A stretch of 64,000 nucleotides of DNA, taken from NCBI GenBank assembly GCA_963678815.1, contig OY787460.1, forward strand, positions 7,031,503-7,095,502, read 5' to 3'. Positions within the stretch are counted from its first letter, which is position 1, and every line of letters starts with the position of its first letter. The position numbers were made by a program, and so were the translations under genes. This document shows, one piece after another, positions 1 through 10,932 of this stretch. The notes beneath the pieces were generated by a model. The model had not been told where the DNA came from. It made no database searches and saw nothing but the letters and a program-made list of their open reading frames with translations. This DNA is from Victivallales bacterium. Its GTDB lineage: Bacteria; Verrucomicrobiota; Lentisphaeria; Victivallales; G963678815.

Positions 1-688
1 AACGGTCATTGATTTTAAAAACCGTCTCACCAACGATATACCCCAGATATCCCTTCTCCCCCGATTGGAAAGTCTGGAGATTGGTTGTCTGGGTTTTCCT
101 GACATACCGGGCGGAGTTCACATACTGGTTCATGGTAACGGTCACCCCCCAGTTCCTGGCGGCCGGGGAACACACCTGAGTCACCGCGTTGAGCAGATTC
201 GGCGGCCCGTCCGGACTCAGTTCCGAGGCGTTGCGCATGGCCCCCACAAACACCACCGGTTTATTGGTTTTCAGGGTAATATCCAGGAAAAACGCGCCCT
301 CGGCCATAGTATCAGTGCCGTGAGTGATCACCGCACCGGCTACTTTCGGGTCTTTCAGGATTTCGTCCACTTTTCTACTGAGCTTCGCCCAAATTTCCGG
401 GGTCATCTGGGAGCTGTCGATGTTGCAGAAATTCACCACGCGCAGGTTCGCGATCTTGATTAGTCCGGGCACGGCCTTAATGAGATCGGAACCGGACACC
501 GCCGGAACCGCTGCCTTGGTAGCCGGATCAATCTTTTCGGCGATAGTGCCGCCGGTGGAGATGATTGCAACCGTCGGCAGTTTCTGGTTGCCGCCAATGT
601 TTTCCGGTTTTCCTGCCCCGGCAAATGCACTTGGAACAAACATCAAACCAATCAGCAGGCAAACAAGAAACAATGCGAACCGGTACAT
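1..688 (-). CDS. Periplasmic L-asparaginase (type II), partial; its C-terminus runs off the 5' edge of the window. The ORF track missed it because it is truncated.
   Basis: Reverse-strand translation from the ATG at 686-688 (RBS GGAGG 8 nt upstream) gives MYRFALFLVCLLIGLMFVPSAFAGAG... It carries the asparaginase threonine signature 'TGGTIA' and a second motif 'VITHGTDTM'. An N-terminal signal peptide is present. The plus-strand ORFs 65..463 and 324..743 are shadows of this gene. Confidence 0.8.
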   Translation of the reverse strand, partial: MYRFALFLVCLLIGLMFVPSAFAGAGKPENIGGNQKLPTVAIISTGGTIAEKIDPATKAAVPAVSGSDLIKAVPGLIKIANLRVVNFCNIDSSQMTPEIWAKLSRKVDEILKDPKVAGAVITHGTDTMAEGAFFLDITLKTNKPVVFVGAMRNASELSPDGPPNLLNAVTQVCSPAARNWGVTVTMNQYVNSARYVRKTQTTNLQTFQSGEKGYLGYIVGETVFKINDR

Positions 689-747
689 GAACCAAACCTC
701 CTGTGAAAATTTTTCAGGTGAAACAATAACAGGGGGAAGTTAAAGAA

Positions 748-2013
748 TCAAGAGTAGTTAAGCTGCTGTATCCAGGGAACATTCGGAAATTTCTGCTTGA
801 AGAATGTCGTCATAAGCAGACAAAGAGTTTCAAGGGTAATTTCCCAGTCCAGCGCGTCTTTCCCGAGAGCCTCGACCACGTTGCTGACGTCGAAAATCGC
901 TTCCGAGGAAAAATACGGGAGCAGATCGCCGATAAAATGCATCATGAGTTTTTCGTCGAGAGTCGCATTGGCGATCTTTTCAACCACCGTCACTCCATGG
1001 ACCTTGAGGGTATTGCCCACTGCCATTTCAATGTCCTTCGTGGATACCGGGCTGTTGCCGGTAATATGATAGGTGCGGTTTTCAACGGGCAACGGAAATA
1101 ATTTAGTAATAGCCGACTGAACGAAATCAATCGGGACAAAATAGACGTTGTCTGAAGGAAAAGCTTCGATACGGAGCGGCATATCGGTCCATTCGCTGGG
1201 GTCGAGTTTTTTCTTCGAGCAGAAATGTTTTTTGAATTTGCCGATAAATTCAAGCAGCCGGTAAAACGCCAGCGGCTTGCGGATTTTGCCGTCTGAAAGC
1301 CTGCCGACAATTATCGACGGCCGGTAAATCGTGAACGGGATACCGGATTTCCTTACCAGAGTTTCAGCCTCAAACTTGCTTTTTTCGTAAGAATTGTGGA
1401 AGTCGACGGCCGGGAGTTCATCTTCCATTACCCGGCCCTTGGTAGTCCCTGCCACGTAAGCGGTACTTACATAATGAAAACAATCGACATTATGCTTTTC
1501 CGCGAGTTTGATCATATTCGCCGTGCCGTTGAAATTGATGTCGAAAGTTTTACCGTTCGCATCCTTGCCGAGGTTGACGTCGGCGGCACAGTGGAAGATT
1601 TTGCTGATTCCGGATATACTCTTAAGGTCGATAATCTCAGGATTTGAAACATCACCTTCGATTATCTTGATCCGGTCCATGACTTTCGTGGCAAACTGCG
1701 GAACTCCGTCAAAAACATATTGTTCCCCAAGAATTTCCGCTACGCGCTGATGAGAATTCTGCCGCTCCTGGCGCCTTACCAGGGCATAAATCTCAACCTC
1801 AGGATTGCTTCGCAAAAGATCGGCGGCAAAAGCGCTCCCCACCAGACCGGTTATACCGGTAAGTAAAATTTTCTCCATAAAATATATACAGTCTGTATTT
1901 GAAATTTTAACAGGGACTGATGAATTCCGGCAGATGAATATCGGAACAAGACAGCCTTGAGTAAGTAATACACCAATAATCAAATAAAACAAGGAAAGTA
2001 GATAATTTAACAT
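748..2013 (-). CDS. Extended SDR family protein, NAD-binding-4/thioester-reductase-like (epimerase/dehydratase or fatty acyl reductase-like). The true start may be the internal Met near 1879 (MEKILLTGITGLVG).
   Basis: It has a Rossmann motif 'LLTGITGLVGS' and the catalytic 'YEKSK' (YxxxK). The length and C-terminal extension are typical of NAD_binding_4 proteins. The 45 aa N-terminal extension in the longest ORF is hydrophobic. Confidence 0.55.
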   Translation of the reverse strand: MLNYLLSLFYLIIGVLLTQGCLVPIFICRNSSVPVKISNTDCIYFMEKILLTGITGLVGSAFAADLLRSNPEVEIYALVRRQERQNSHQRVAEILGEQYVFDGVPQFATKVMDRIKIIEGDVSNPEIIDLKSISGISKIFHCAADVNLGKDANGKTFDINFNGTANMIKLAEKHNVDCFHYVSTAYVAGTTKGRVMEDELPAVDFHNSYEKSKFEAETLVRKSGIPFTIYRPSIIVGRLSDGKIRKPLAFYRLLEFIGKFKKHFCSKKKLDPSEWTDMPLRIEAFPSDNVYFVPIDFVQSAITKLFPLPVENRTYHITGNSPVSTKDIEMAVGNTLKVHGVTVVEKIANATLDEKLMMHFIGDLLPYFSSEAIFDVSNVVEALGKDALDWEITLETLCLLMTTFFKQKFPNVPWIQQLNYS

Positions 2014-2156
2014 GGGTTTATCCCAAAAAACCGGAGGAACTGTACCGTAAACCTGAAACCAGATGGAAAATCCGGTGATTTTACCTGAATAATTAGAATT
2101 AGCCGGATTCTGGAATACTTTATTGAAATAGTGAATTTAATCAGGAGATACTTTTC

Positions 2157-2699
2157 ATGAAATGCCCGGCTTGCAAACATCCGTCCATGACCAATGAAGA
2201 AATCGATCTCGGCCTGAAAATCCAGAAATGTCCCCAGTGCGAAGGTATCTGGATCAAGTCAGACAGCTATTTGCACTGGCTTACCCTCCACGGCGAAACC
2301 CTTCCGGAACTGCCGAAAAATATGTCGAAACACCTGCCCGTGGAAGAAAAAAAGGACATCAAAATATGCCCCGACTGCGGACATTTCCTTACCAAGCGCA
2401 AAGTCGGTCACGGAATTGATTTCCATGTCGACCGCTGTGCAACCTGCGGCGGCATCTGGCTCGATAAAAACGAATGGGACATCCTGGAAAGCCGCAATCT
2501 GCACGACGAAATCCATTACATGTTCAGCCGGGAATGGCAGGAAGGCATCGTGAAAACAGAACAGCAGGAATTTTATGATGGTAAAATAGAAGAACTGCTG
2601 GGTACGGAAGACTACAGGAAACTACTGGAATTTTCCGCCTGGATCAAAAGCCATCCCAAAAGCAGCTACATCCTGGCATATATCCGCGACAAACTTTAA
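2157..2699 (+). CDS. Zinc-ribbon (TFIIB-like zinc finger) domain protein
   Basis: Two CxxC...CxxC units are present: CPACK..CPQC and CPDCG..CATCG. It is 180 aa with an RBS-like AGGAGA upstream. Confidence 0.5.
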   Translation: MKCPACKHPSMTNEEIDLGLKIQKCPQCEGIWIKSDSYLHWLTLHGETLPELPKNMSKHLPVEEKKDIKICPDCGHFLTKRKVGHGIDFHVDRCATCGGIWLDKNEWDILESRNLHDEIHYMFSREWQEGIVKTEQQEFYDGKIEELLGTEDYRKLLEFSAWIKSHPKSSYILAYIRDKL

Positions 2700-2728
2700 T
2701 TCAATAATATCCCCCCACCTGTTTATCT

Positions 2729-4750
2729 ATGGAAAGGCCCGTAATGTTACCGCTTGCCGAAAGGAACGAATCCAGCGCCCTGGAAAAAATAACTCTCTCT
2801 GATGCGCTTCCCCGCGAAGGCGTCCTGGCCGAAGAACAATTGCAATTGCCTGAATTTGAACGTTTCAGCTTTTTTGCACCGTTTCAGCCCAATGGTTTTG
2901 CCGTTGCTGATAACAGATGGCCGGACGGCACAAACCGCACTCAGCCGCTGGCAGGTCCGGCTTCGGAAATGGGAAAAATCGAGACCCAGGGTTTGTTTCT
3001 GCTGCTGAAAATCGATTCCGGGAATTACATGGCGCTGCTGCCTTTGCCGGGACCGCAAACAATGTCGTGGCTCGAGCGCCGTGATGAAAATCTATTCGTG
3101 GTATCCGGAAATTTCGGTTCAGGAAAAGTTTCCGGTGAAATTCCGCTACTGGGTTGGGCGTCGGCTTCCGATCCTTACGACGCCTGTTTTAAGCTCTGGC
3201 AGACAATCCTCAAGGACGATTTCTATCGGGCCAACACAACATTCCGCGATAAGAAAACCTATCCCGATATGTTCAAATATCTGGGTTGGTGCAGTTGGGA
3301 ACATTTCCGGCAGGACATTACCGGAGAAAACCTGAAAGAAGCGGTCGATATGCTGAACAAATCGGAAATTCCGGTTCGCTACGCGCTGATCGACGACGGC
3401 CATCTCAAGGAAGCAAACGGTCAGTTGATCGATTCCGCCGCACCAAACGATAAATTTCCCGAAGGCTGGAAACCAGTCTTTGACCAGCGACGGGAAGACC
3501 GGGTAAAATGGTTCGGGCTGTGGCTCAATTTCAATGGCTACTGGAACGCCATCCATCCAGAAAATCAGCTAGGAATAGATGACAATCTGCAGAACCTTAT
3601 CTTTGAAAAAATCTGGGGACGGGAAGCCATTTCAAACGCGAAAGTTCCAAAACCGGGCTTGCTCAGTTCCCTGGCTTTTTACCTGAAAATGATCGGAGAT
3701 GCCGCCCGGTTCGGGTTTGACTTCGTCAAGGTCGACAATCAAGCGAGAAACCTTACCATCAATAAGGCAATGGAACAGCCCGTGACCAAGGCGGCGGGAA
3801 ATTCCCGCGCCCTGGAAACCGCCTGCGCCAGCGAAACCGGAGGACTCATCAACTGTATGGCACACAACAGCATTTGTCTGTTCAACACCCGCCGGAGCGC
3901 CGTTACCAGATGCAGTGAAGATTACCTGATGGGCGACAAATTCCGGGCGAAAGGCCACTTGTATAATTCTTACGTCAATATGTCGTGGCTGGGCTACACC
4001 GTGTGGGGCGATCACGACATGTTTCACTCCAGCGACCCGGAGTCAGGACGAATGATGGCGATATCCAAGGCAATGTCCGGCGGCCCAGTTTACCTTTCCG
4101 ACGTTCCCGACGGCATCAATCCGGACTTCACATTGCCCCTGTGCTACAACGACGGCGAACTGCTGCGTCCGCTGGCGCCAGCGGCGGCCCTGCCGGAAAG
4201 CCTGTTCATCAGTCCGGCACATGAAAACGAGCCTTTCCGGGCAATTGCCCCCCTGACCGGCGGCGCGGCGGCAGTGGCCGTTTACAACCTGACTGAACCC
4301 GACCGGGCTATTCAGGGCTACATTTCAGCCGACGATTACCGGAATGCGGGGATCATGATTCAGCCGCAACCCGAAAAATGGGAAATTCCCCCCGAAGAAT
4401 TGGTTATTTATGACTGGTACTCGGGAAAAGCCAGGAAAATCGGCAGGGAACCCTATACCTTCGGGATGGCGGATTTCACGGACCGGCTGTTTATGCTGTG
4501 TCCGGTTCGCGATGGCTGGGCGGCAATCGGCAGACCGGACAAATATCTCAGTCCCGCCGCAACGGAAATCCTCAGTTCGGATGAAAACTCATTGTTGCTT
4601 AAGGTTGCCGAAGGCGGCGAGATCCTGATCTGGAAGGACTCCGGGGAACCCGTTTCCGAAAACTGCAAGGTTACAAAAATTGACGACAGCTTTTTTAAGG
4701 CGGAAACACCCCGCGGCCGTGATCTGGCAATAAGTTTCAAAGTCAGCTGA
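2729..4750 (+). CDS. GH36-related glycoside hydrolase of the raffinose-synthase/Sip1 family
   Basis: The motif 'LGWCSWEHF' matches the raffinose synthase 'GWCTWDAF' motif. 'ALIDDGH' and 'FVKVDNQ' match the 'GVKVDVQ' motif. The protein is 673 aa. Confidence 0.5.
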   Translation: MERPVMLPLAERNESSALEKITLSDALPREGVLAEEQLQLPEFERFSFFAPFQPNGFAVADNRWPDGTNRTQPLAGPASEMGKIETQGLFLLLKIDSGNYMALLPLPGPQTMSWLERRDENLFVVSGNFGSGKVSGEIPLLGWASASDPYDACFKLWQTILKDDFYRANTTFRDKKTYPDMFKYLGWCSWEHFRQDITGENLKEAVDMLNKSEIPVRYALIDDGHLKEANGQLIDSAAPNDKFPEGWKPVFDQRREDRVKWFGLWLNFNGYWNAIHPENQLGIDDNLQNLIFEKIWGREAISNAKVPKPGLLSSLAFYLKMIGDAARFGFDFVKVDNQARNLTINKAMEQPVTKAAGNSRALETACASETGGLINCMAHNSICLFNTRRSAVTRCSEDYLMGDKFRAKGHLYNSYVNMSWLGYTVWGDHDMFHSSDPESGRMMAISKAMSGGPVYLSDVPDGINPDFTLPLCYNDGELLRPLAPAAALPESLFISPAHENEPFRAIAPLTGGAAAVAVYNLTEPDRAIQGYISADDYRNAGIMIQPQPEKWEIPPEELVIYDWYSGKARKIGREPYTFGMADFTDRLFMLCPVRDGWAAIGRPDKYLSPAATEILSSDENSLLLKVAEGGEILIWKDSGEPVSENCKVTKIDDSFFKAETPRGRDLAISFKVS

Positions 4751-6254
4751 CAAGCTTGCCGGTGAATTTGCCGGGTAATTCCGATGAAGCGATTTCTTTG
4801 CCGCCGGATATTATTCTGAGCCCTTTTCCCTGCCGGTAATGATTTCCGGTGCGGTCATAGAGGATAGTCAATATTTGACCATGATAAGGTATCCTGTCGA
4901 GACAGAAATAATCCCATTCATCCGGTACCAGCGGATTGATTTCCACTGTTTCGTCCGGCCTTGGCCGCAACCCGATCAGGCCATTGATAATCAAGTCGCA
5001 ATAGGTTGAGTGATTGTAATCCTTGCCGCGCTCTTCACCGCCTTTGCCTTCCGACCAGGTTCCGTTTTCCCAGATTTTCAGCCGAGTCCTGGAGATCCAG
5101 TCGCCTGTCTCAGGATTGAGATTTTCGTCAATCCAGGGGACGATTTCTCCATTATCGAGTTTGAGGCGGTGCGAACGGGTATATATTTTTAAAGTTTCAA
5201 AATAGTCTTTTTTATCAACATATTCCTGATGGCGGTTGTTCAGCAAGTTCGCCAGCCCGGTAAGGGTAATTGAGGTGGAAAACGGCCAGCTTGGACCGTT
5301 CCATTTACATTCATGCCCCTGATAAGATATTATGAATTCCGGATGTCGCTGTTCGGCGGTGGTTGGACCAAACGAAGCATAAAATCCCTTGGTATCCATA
5401 AGCTGCCGCCAGGCAACCGACTTATCGGCGCCAGGCAGATTGCAGTACCACGGAGTCAGGCCGTGAAGTTCCCGCACATCCGAAAATTTTCCCTGGTATT
5501 CGCCTTCATGCGGCACAACCTTGAAAAATTCCGCCTCCGGGTCCCACAGCTTTTCCTCGACAAGCCATTTCAGGCTGGCGGCTTTTTCCCGGTATTCGCT
5601 TTCAATATCCTTTTTCCCGGCCATTGCCGCGATTTTCGCAATAGCGGATGCATCGCCAAACTGGTAAGTATTGATTGTTGCGCGATACCCGTTGCCGCTG
5701 ATGGAACACTCCATACCGTCGCGGCTGTCAATCTGCCAGTAAAGACCGTTGGAATCGAGACGTTCCCGCTCCCAGCCTTTGTAGTTTTCAATAAGCCCCG
5801 GCAGGAAACTGATTGTGCTTTCAGCATCCCCGGTCGTACAAAAATATTGCCAGACGGAATCCCCAATCCAGAACGAGTAGTTTCTGGTTGCCCCTTCCCC
5901 GTACAGCCAGAAATTCAGATAGTCTTTCAGGTATTGTCTGTTCCGGAGCCAGCGCCCCTCGCGAACATGGTGTCCGGCGGCGCAACTGATGGTGTTATGA
6001 GGCCCGGCCCATTTTACCGGCGGCAGGAATTCAGTTATTACAAATCCTGACGGAGTTTTTTTGACGTGCTTGCGGAAAGTCCACCACCGGAAATAATAAA
6101 TTTCCTCGATATCTTTGTCCGGACAATTAAAAAGAGGGATATTTTCTTTCAGGAAATTCCACGCCTGCGAGTTCGGGAAAGACTGAACATAAAGCTCCCG
6201 GTCACCTCGGTTGAACTTCTCGATATAGTGTTTGAAAGAGTCAGGATTAAGCAT
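4743..6254 (-). CDS. Six-hairpin (alpha/alpha)6 glycoside hydrolase-like protein (GH63/MGH1-like). The family is uncertain.
   Basis: It is 503 aa, W/Y-rich, and fits the glycosidase context. I did not recognise unambiguous family motifs. Confidence 0.35.
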   Translation of the reverse strand: MLNPDSFKHYIEKFNRGDRELYVQSFPNSQAWNFLKENIPLFNCPDKDIEEIYYFRWWTFRKHVKKTPSGFVITEFLPPVKWAGPHNTISCAAGHHVREGRWLRNRQYLKDYLNFWLYGEGATRNYSFWIGDSVWQYFCTTGDAESTISFLPGLIENYKGWERERLDSNGLYWQIDSRDGMECSISGNGYRATINTYQFGDASAIAKIAAMAGKKDIESEYREKAASLKWLVEEKLWDPEAEFFKVVPHEGEYQGKFSDVRELHGLTPWYCNLPGADKSVAWRQLMDTKGFYASFGPTTAEQRHPEFIISYQGHECKWNGPSWPFSTSITLTGLANLLNNRHQEYVDKKDYFETLKIYTRSHRLKLDNGEIVPWIDENLNPETGDWISRTRLKIWENGTWSEGKGGEERGKDYNHSTYCDLIINGLIGLRPRPDETVEINPLVPDEWDYFCLDRIPYHGQILTILYDRTGNHYRQGKGLRIISGGKEIASSELPGKFTGKLVS

Positions 6255-7374
6255 CTTTTAAAACATCATTATATGGAACTTTCAACAGAAAAAATTCCTT
6301 GATTGAGTCGCAGGCGATATAAAACAACCGTTGCTCGTTGTCGTAGTAGACGTGCGGGTAGCATATATTGTGGAAATCATCGGTTTTATTCCGGATGAGT
6401 TCAATCTTTTTGCTCCAGGTTTCGCAGCCGTCTTTGCTTACCCAGATGGAAAGCGGGTCGCGTTTTTTGGAATTGAAGTTGGAAGTCATTACAATCGCGC
6501 CATCGATCATGGTAATGTCCAGCTTCGTTCCCGGGTTCGGAATATCGGTGGGGTAGGATTTGCTCCAGGTCAAACCATTGTCTTCGCTGTCGGAACGCCA
6601 CAGCGCGCCCCCTCCCGTGCGGATGAACATGGCAAGTTTTCCGGGAGCAATTTCGGCGATATTCGGCTCCCAGAAAGACCGGTCGTATTCAGGATGATGA
6701 ACGTATCCGTGCAGGGAAAAACTTTTTCCCTGGTCGATGGAACGCGCCATACCACAGGCAAATCTTGTTGTCCAGCAACTATTGGCCGCGGGCATTGTCC
6801 GGCCTTCATTATCGACACCGCGCTCATTTTCGTTCCACTCCCAGCCATCGCGAAGTTCAGCCCAGTAAACCGGGAATATCCAAGTACCGTCACTCGCCAC
6901 GAATCCCTTGCGGTAAATATGGTTGGCCACCCCGCCGGGGACACTCACCGGCGTAGTCCAGTTTTCCCCGGAGTCGTCGCCGTAGCTGATAAAAGTCTTG
7001 ATTTCAAAATAATTCGTGTCGAAACAGAACGTATATAGGAACAGCATGGGCCTTGAACCGCCGATAAACAATTCGGTTGACCAAACCGCCCGTTGGCTGT
7101 GGCTGAAAGCTACTTTCGGGGGACTCCAGGTGTTGCCGTCGTCAACGCTGCGGGTCACCAGGACCAAGTTGTCCGGTGACGGCTCCCGTTTGCCGCCGGA
7201 ATAGATGAAACACACCAGCGAACCGTCTTTCATCCGGCGCAGCAGCGGTTCCCTGCCGAAAATCCATTGCTTGTCATCGGCCCTGAAAATGGTTTTCGGT
7301 TCATATGAAAAATGGAAGAATTTCCGTGTCGAGCCGGAAGATTCCTTGAAAAGATCAAATTTTTCAACGTTCAT
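6247..7374 (-). CDS. BNR-repeat sialidase (GH33)-like exo-alpha-sialidase
   Basis: Four Asp-box/BNR repeats are present: SVDDGNTWS, SIDQGKSFS, SDSEDNGLTWS and SKDGCETWS. Confidence 0.6.
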   Translation of the reverse strand: MNVEKFDLFKESSGSTRKFFHFSYEPKTIFRADDKQWIFGREPLLRRMKDGSLVCFIYSGGKREPSPDNLVLVTRSVDDGNTWSPPKVAFSHSQRAVWSTELFIGGSRPMLFLYTFCFDTNYFEIKTFISYGDDSGENWTTPVSVPGGVANHIYRKGFVASDGTWIFPVYWAELRDGWEWNENERGVDNEGRTMPAANSCWTTRFACGMARSIDQGKSFSLHGYVHHPEYDRSFWEPNIAEIAPGKLAMFIRTGGGALWRSDSEDNGLTWSKSYPTDIPNPGTKLDITMIDGAIVMTSNFNSKKRDPLSIWVSKDGCETWSKKIELIRNKTDDFHNICYPHVYYDNEQRLFYIACDSIKEFFLLKVPYNDVLKDA

Positions 7375-7455
7375 TGCAGACTTCTTTCGCGGATTGGATT
7401 AGTTAAACAGAGTTGAAAAATATAACCCGGATTATTGAAATTACGACAAAACTTA

Positions 7456-7510
7456 GGGCATCTCTAAAAAGAACAGCCCGGAGCCGAAAACACTATTATT
7501 AGAGATGTCC
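7456..7510 (-). terminator. Long imperfect inverted repeat (GGCATCTCTAA ... TTAGAGATGtCC) immediately downstream of the DUF1559 gene stop. Putative transcription terminator or processing hairpin.
   Basis: An 11 bp stem with one bulge and a roughly 30 nt loop. It is followed on the minus strand by TAAGTTTTG. Confidence 0.35.
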
Positions 7511-7511
7511 T

Positions 7512-8255
7512 TTATTTATCCGTCCAATCCTGTTCATATACATCGGCGCCGGTCCAGTGGCGGGATTCGACGTGTCCGTCCTTGTACATGAAATTTGCCA
7601 TATTGTTGTGATTCCAGGCGGGAGACCGGAAATGAGTAATCGGCCTGAACGTGTAAAATGCATAAAGCGGGCCTCCAGAATGGTTTATATGTGTGGTAGA
7701 CCAGTAAAAATTAGATTCCCCCATGATCACCGAACCTGGAGCGATCAGGTTGAATTTCCGGTGATAAACCATGTTGCCGCCGCCCACCGGCTGGTATCCC
7801 CATCCGCCGACGCGGATATTTCCATCCTGGAACGAGGTTGCGGTTGGCACGTAATTTGTCGCGTAATAATCCCGCTCCGTTCCACCTCCCCAGCTTGGCG
7901 AATCGCTGGCTCTCATGCTGATGGCCGGACACCAGTATATACCCTCAGGTTGACGCTTTACGTGGTAATACGATCCGGATTTGTCCAACGGCCTCTTCAA
8001 ATATTCATTGATAAAATGTGTATGGATATTATTTAAAGCGTCCGGGGTCCAGTTGTCATTCTCGGACACATAGAAATTCAGTCCTGAATTTATCTGCTTG
8101 AAATTATTGACGCAGGTAATTCTTTTTGCCTGCGCCCGGGCATTTTTCAATGCCGGCAGCAACATTGCCGCAAGTATGGAAATAATAGCTATCACTACCA
8201 GTAACTCAATAAGCGTGAAATCCCTTCTTTCCTGAATTTTTGACTTCCCATTCAT
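7512..8255 (-). CDS. Prepilin-type N-terminal cleavage/methylation domain protein with a DUF1559 (H-X9-DG) domain. A type II secretion pseudopilin-like protein.
   Basis: The N-terminus is '[36 protein letters not shown]'. The C-terminus has 'YKDGHVES' (H-X9-DG). Confidence 0.85.
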   Translation of the reverse strand: MNGKSKIQERRDFTLIELLVVIAIISILAAMLLPALKNARAQAKRITCVNNFKQINSGLNFYVSENDNWTPDALNNIHTHFINEYLKRPLDKSGSYYHVKRQPEGIYWCPAISMRASDSPSWGGGTERDYYATNYVPTATSFQDGNIRVGGWGYQPVGGGNMVYHRKFNLIAPGSVIMGESNFYWSTTHINHSGGPLYAFYTFRPITHFRSPAWNHNNMANFMYKDGHVESRHWTGADVYEQDWTDK

Positions 8256-8280
8256 AAATCACACTCCTTCCAGTTGATTT

Positions 8281-10914
8281 TTATGATCTTTTTACATCAA
8301 ATGAATAAGTTCCCGAACCTGTTTGAAGAACTGTATGGTTTGAATCCCCGCGGACAAACTCAACGCCATCCGCTTCAGATGCCGGATTATTTCTTTCGTA
8401 AATAACAGCATTATCAGCGCATGGAATATGGATTTCGGCGGAAGTTCCCGGCGGAAGTTCTACGTTTAGTTCCAAACAACTGCCGTGATTCAGCCACTGA
8501 CTGCCAATAAAACCAAACGGACTGCCAATGCGAATTGAAACCGACTCGATATCTTCAGGAATAAATGGTTTTATCCTGACTTGTTCGTAACCGGGCTTCA
8601 AAGGTTTTACCCCCGCAAGGTTCCTGTATAACCACGATGCAATACCCCCGATAAGGGCCGGATGATTGCGGGAATCTCCCTGATGGCTGCTCTCGTCCTT
8701 CGGAACCCAGCGTTCGTGGGCGGCCGTGGCATTGTATTCGGTGATCCAGTGCCGCCACGTGCGCGGTTTATCACTCATCGCCAAACTCCAGGCAAGCTCG
8801 TTCCTGCCGGTTTCGCTCAGAAAATCCATAATCGCATAAGTTCCCATAATACCGGTGCGGAAATACAATTCATTTTCCAGTTGGGAACACATTCTTTCAA
8901 TGAAATTATTCTGGTATTGTGCCGGAACGAGATCAAAGTTAAGGGCAATCGCCATCGCACTTTGAGTCCCGTTATCACAACAGCCTTCACGCATGAATTC
9001 AAAGTTGAGGGCGTCCCGGAGAATTTCCGTCCGGGTTTTGTATAATTCCGCATCGGCTTGATTTTCCAGAACTGAAGCTATCCGGGCAACCATGAAAAGC
9101 GAGCGGCAGGCGTAGGCGTTTTCAATGAATTTGCGGGTCGGATGCTCCAGCGCAAGATGATCGCCATAATTACAGTGTCCGGAGGTAAGACCATCATTCC
9201 CCTGGGCGGAAATCAGGAAATCAGCCCAACGTTTGAAATTATCGTAATAACGGACGAGAAAAGATTTGTCGCCATAAGCCATGTAGCACTCCCAGGCAAT
9301 GTGAACAAAACCGTGACTCCAGGGAATATCGCTGCCGATGAGAACCTTGGGCAATGGAGTCAGATAGGGCAGACAGCCATCTGAAAACTGGGTGTCGGCC
9401 ATATCATTAAACCATTTTTCGTAAAATAGCCGCATGTCGAAAAGAGTGCAGAGCGCGTTGGCGCCAAGCTGGGCGTCCCCCGGCCAGCCTTGACGCTCCC
9501 GGCTCGGACAATCCGTCGGCACCGACATTAGATTGGAAAGATATGTGCGTTCACAAAGCTGGTGCAGTTGCATTACGCGTTCATCGGAACATGAAAAACC
9601 ACCGCCGTTCAGAACCGTGCTGTGAACCATGTTCGCACGAATGTTCTCCGGATCGAGTTCACCGTTCCAGCCATTTACCTCAACATAACGGAAACCGTGA
9701 TTCGCAAAGTTAGGGGTGAAGTTTTCAACTTCGTTACTGCGCTTTACATATATGTCTTCATGAATGCTCAAATCCTTCTGGGCGCTGCAGGTGGAAGAAG
9801 CGTTAATCGTCGAATCCGGATTTAATTCTTCAGCAAACCGCAGGGAGATTTTCGTCCCTTCCGGACCTTTTGCATCGATACTTACATGCCCGTTCAGACG
9901 ACTCCCGAAATCAACCGTATAGCGTCCGTCAGGTAACTTGACAATCCGCTCCGGCTTCAGTGTACCGTGAACCTTGACTGACTGCATCTGCGGGGCAAGT
10001 ATTCCGGGAGGAGAACTGAAGTTATTGATCGTTTTCCATGCTGAATCGTCAAAATCCGGCAAGTCCCATCCGGTAAATTCCTTTCCGCCGTCGTAATATT
10101 CCCCTTTCCCGCCGTATTCATAAACGTCATGCCGCCAAAGCCTCAGGTATGGTCCGCGCAATTGATGCTTCCAGCCGGGACCGCTGAAAATGTATTCCAC
10201 ACGCCCGTTGTCAAACTCCAGCATGATTTCAACACTTATCCTCGCCGAAACGAAGATCAATCCAACAGCGTTGCCGCCTTCATTAAGCATAGGCCCGATG
10301 TCATACGCCCGGTAAAGTGCCCGGCCTTTCGCTTCTGAAAGCTGTCCGGGGTTGTATATGTCGTCTCCAACTTTTTCTCCGTTAATGCGGAGCTCATAAA
10401 GATTCATACGGAGAGTGTCGTTGCCGTGGGCTCCCGCGGTGGACGCAACATAGGCACGGGCACGAACCAATGAAGAAACGTTTTTAACTTTGAATTCATT
10501 CCTGGCAAAGCAGGCCGACTGTTTGCCGGGAGCAATATGACACCAAATGTAAGCAAGCCATCCGGCGTTCCAGTCGCGGAGGCTGAAAAAGCCTGTTTCG
10601 AAACGTGCGGGATTGCTCCATCCGCTGCCGCTGCTGCCGGAAGTCCACGCTTGAACCCGCCAGTAATAAGTTGTCTGGATTTTAAGCGGTTCCCCGCCAT
10701 AAAGCACTTCATGTTGTTGCGAAGAAGCAACTATGCCGCTGTCCCAGCAGGTTTTATCAAAGTCTTTGCTAGTGCAAACCTGAATCTGGTACTGTTCCTG
10801 ACGGATATTTCTTCCGTCAGATTCTATTTCCCAGCTGAAACGCGGAAATTCAGAACCGACACCTAACGGTTCATCCAGATGCTCACACCGCATGTTTGAA
10901 ATTTTCAATGCCAT
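8281..10914 (-). CDS. Alpha-L-rhamnosidase (GH78)
   Basis: The N-terminal domain matches Bac_rhamnosid_N: 'PRFSWEIES...QEQYQIQV...WDSGIVASS...VLYGGEPLKIQTTYYWRVQAW'. It is 877 aa, consistent with an (alpha/alpha)6 catalytic domain. Confidence 0.8.
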   Translation of the reverse strand: MALKISNMRCEHLDEPLGVGSEFPRFSWEIESDGRNIRQEQYQIQVCTSKDFDKTCWDSGIVASSQQHEVLYGGEPLKIQTTYYWRVQAWTSGSSGSGWSNPARFETGFFSLRDWNAGWLAYIWCHIAPGKQSACFARNEFKVKNVSSLVRARAYVASTAGAHGNDTLRMNLYELRINGEKVGDDIYNPGQLSEAKGRALYRAYDIGPMLNEGGNAVGLIFVSARISVEIMLEFDNGRVEYIFSGPGWKHQLRGPYLRLWRHDVYEYGGKGEYYDGGKEFTGWDLPDFDDSAWKTINNFSSPPGILAPQMQSVKVHGTLKPERIVKLPDGRYTVDFGSRLNGHVSIDAKGPEGTKISLRFAEELNPDSTINASSTCSAQKDLSIHEDIYVKRSNEVENFTPNFANHGFRYVEVNGWNGELDPENIRANMVHSTVLNGGGFSCSDERVMQLHQLCERTYLSNLMSVPTDCPSRERQGWPGDAQLGANALCTLFDMRLFYEKWFNDMADTQFSDGCLPYLTPLPKVLIGSDIPWSHGFVHIAWECYMAYGDKSFLVRYYDNFKRWADFLISAQGNDGLTSGHCNYGDHLALEHPTRKFIENAYACRSLFMVARIASVLENQADAELYKTRTEILRDALNFEFMREGCCDNGTQSAMAIALNFDLVPAQYQNNFIERMCSQLENELYFRTGIMGTYAIMDFLSETGRNELAWSLAMSDKPRTWRHWITEYNATAAHERWVPKDESSHQGDSRNHPALIGGIASWLYRNLAGVKPLKPGYEQVRIKPFIPEDIESVSIRIGSPFGFIGSQWLNHGSCLELNVELPPGTSAEIHIPCADNAVIYERNNPASEADGVEFVRGDSNHTVLQTGSGTYSFDVKRS

Positions 10915-10932
10915 TTGAATCCTGTGCCTTAT

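Noticed and set aside
65-743. Plus-strand ORFs 65..463 and 324..743
   Set aside because: They overlap entirely with a much better minus-strand L-asparaginase gene (TGGTIA / HGTDTM motifs, RBS, signal peptide). Their Pro/Gly/Arg-rich composition is typical of antisense shadow ORFs.
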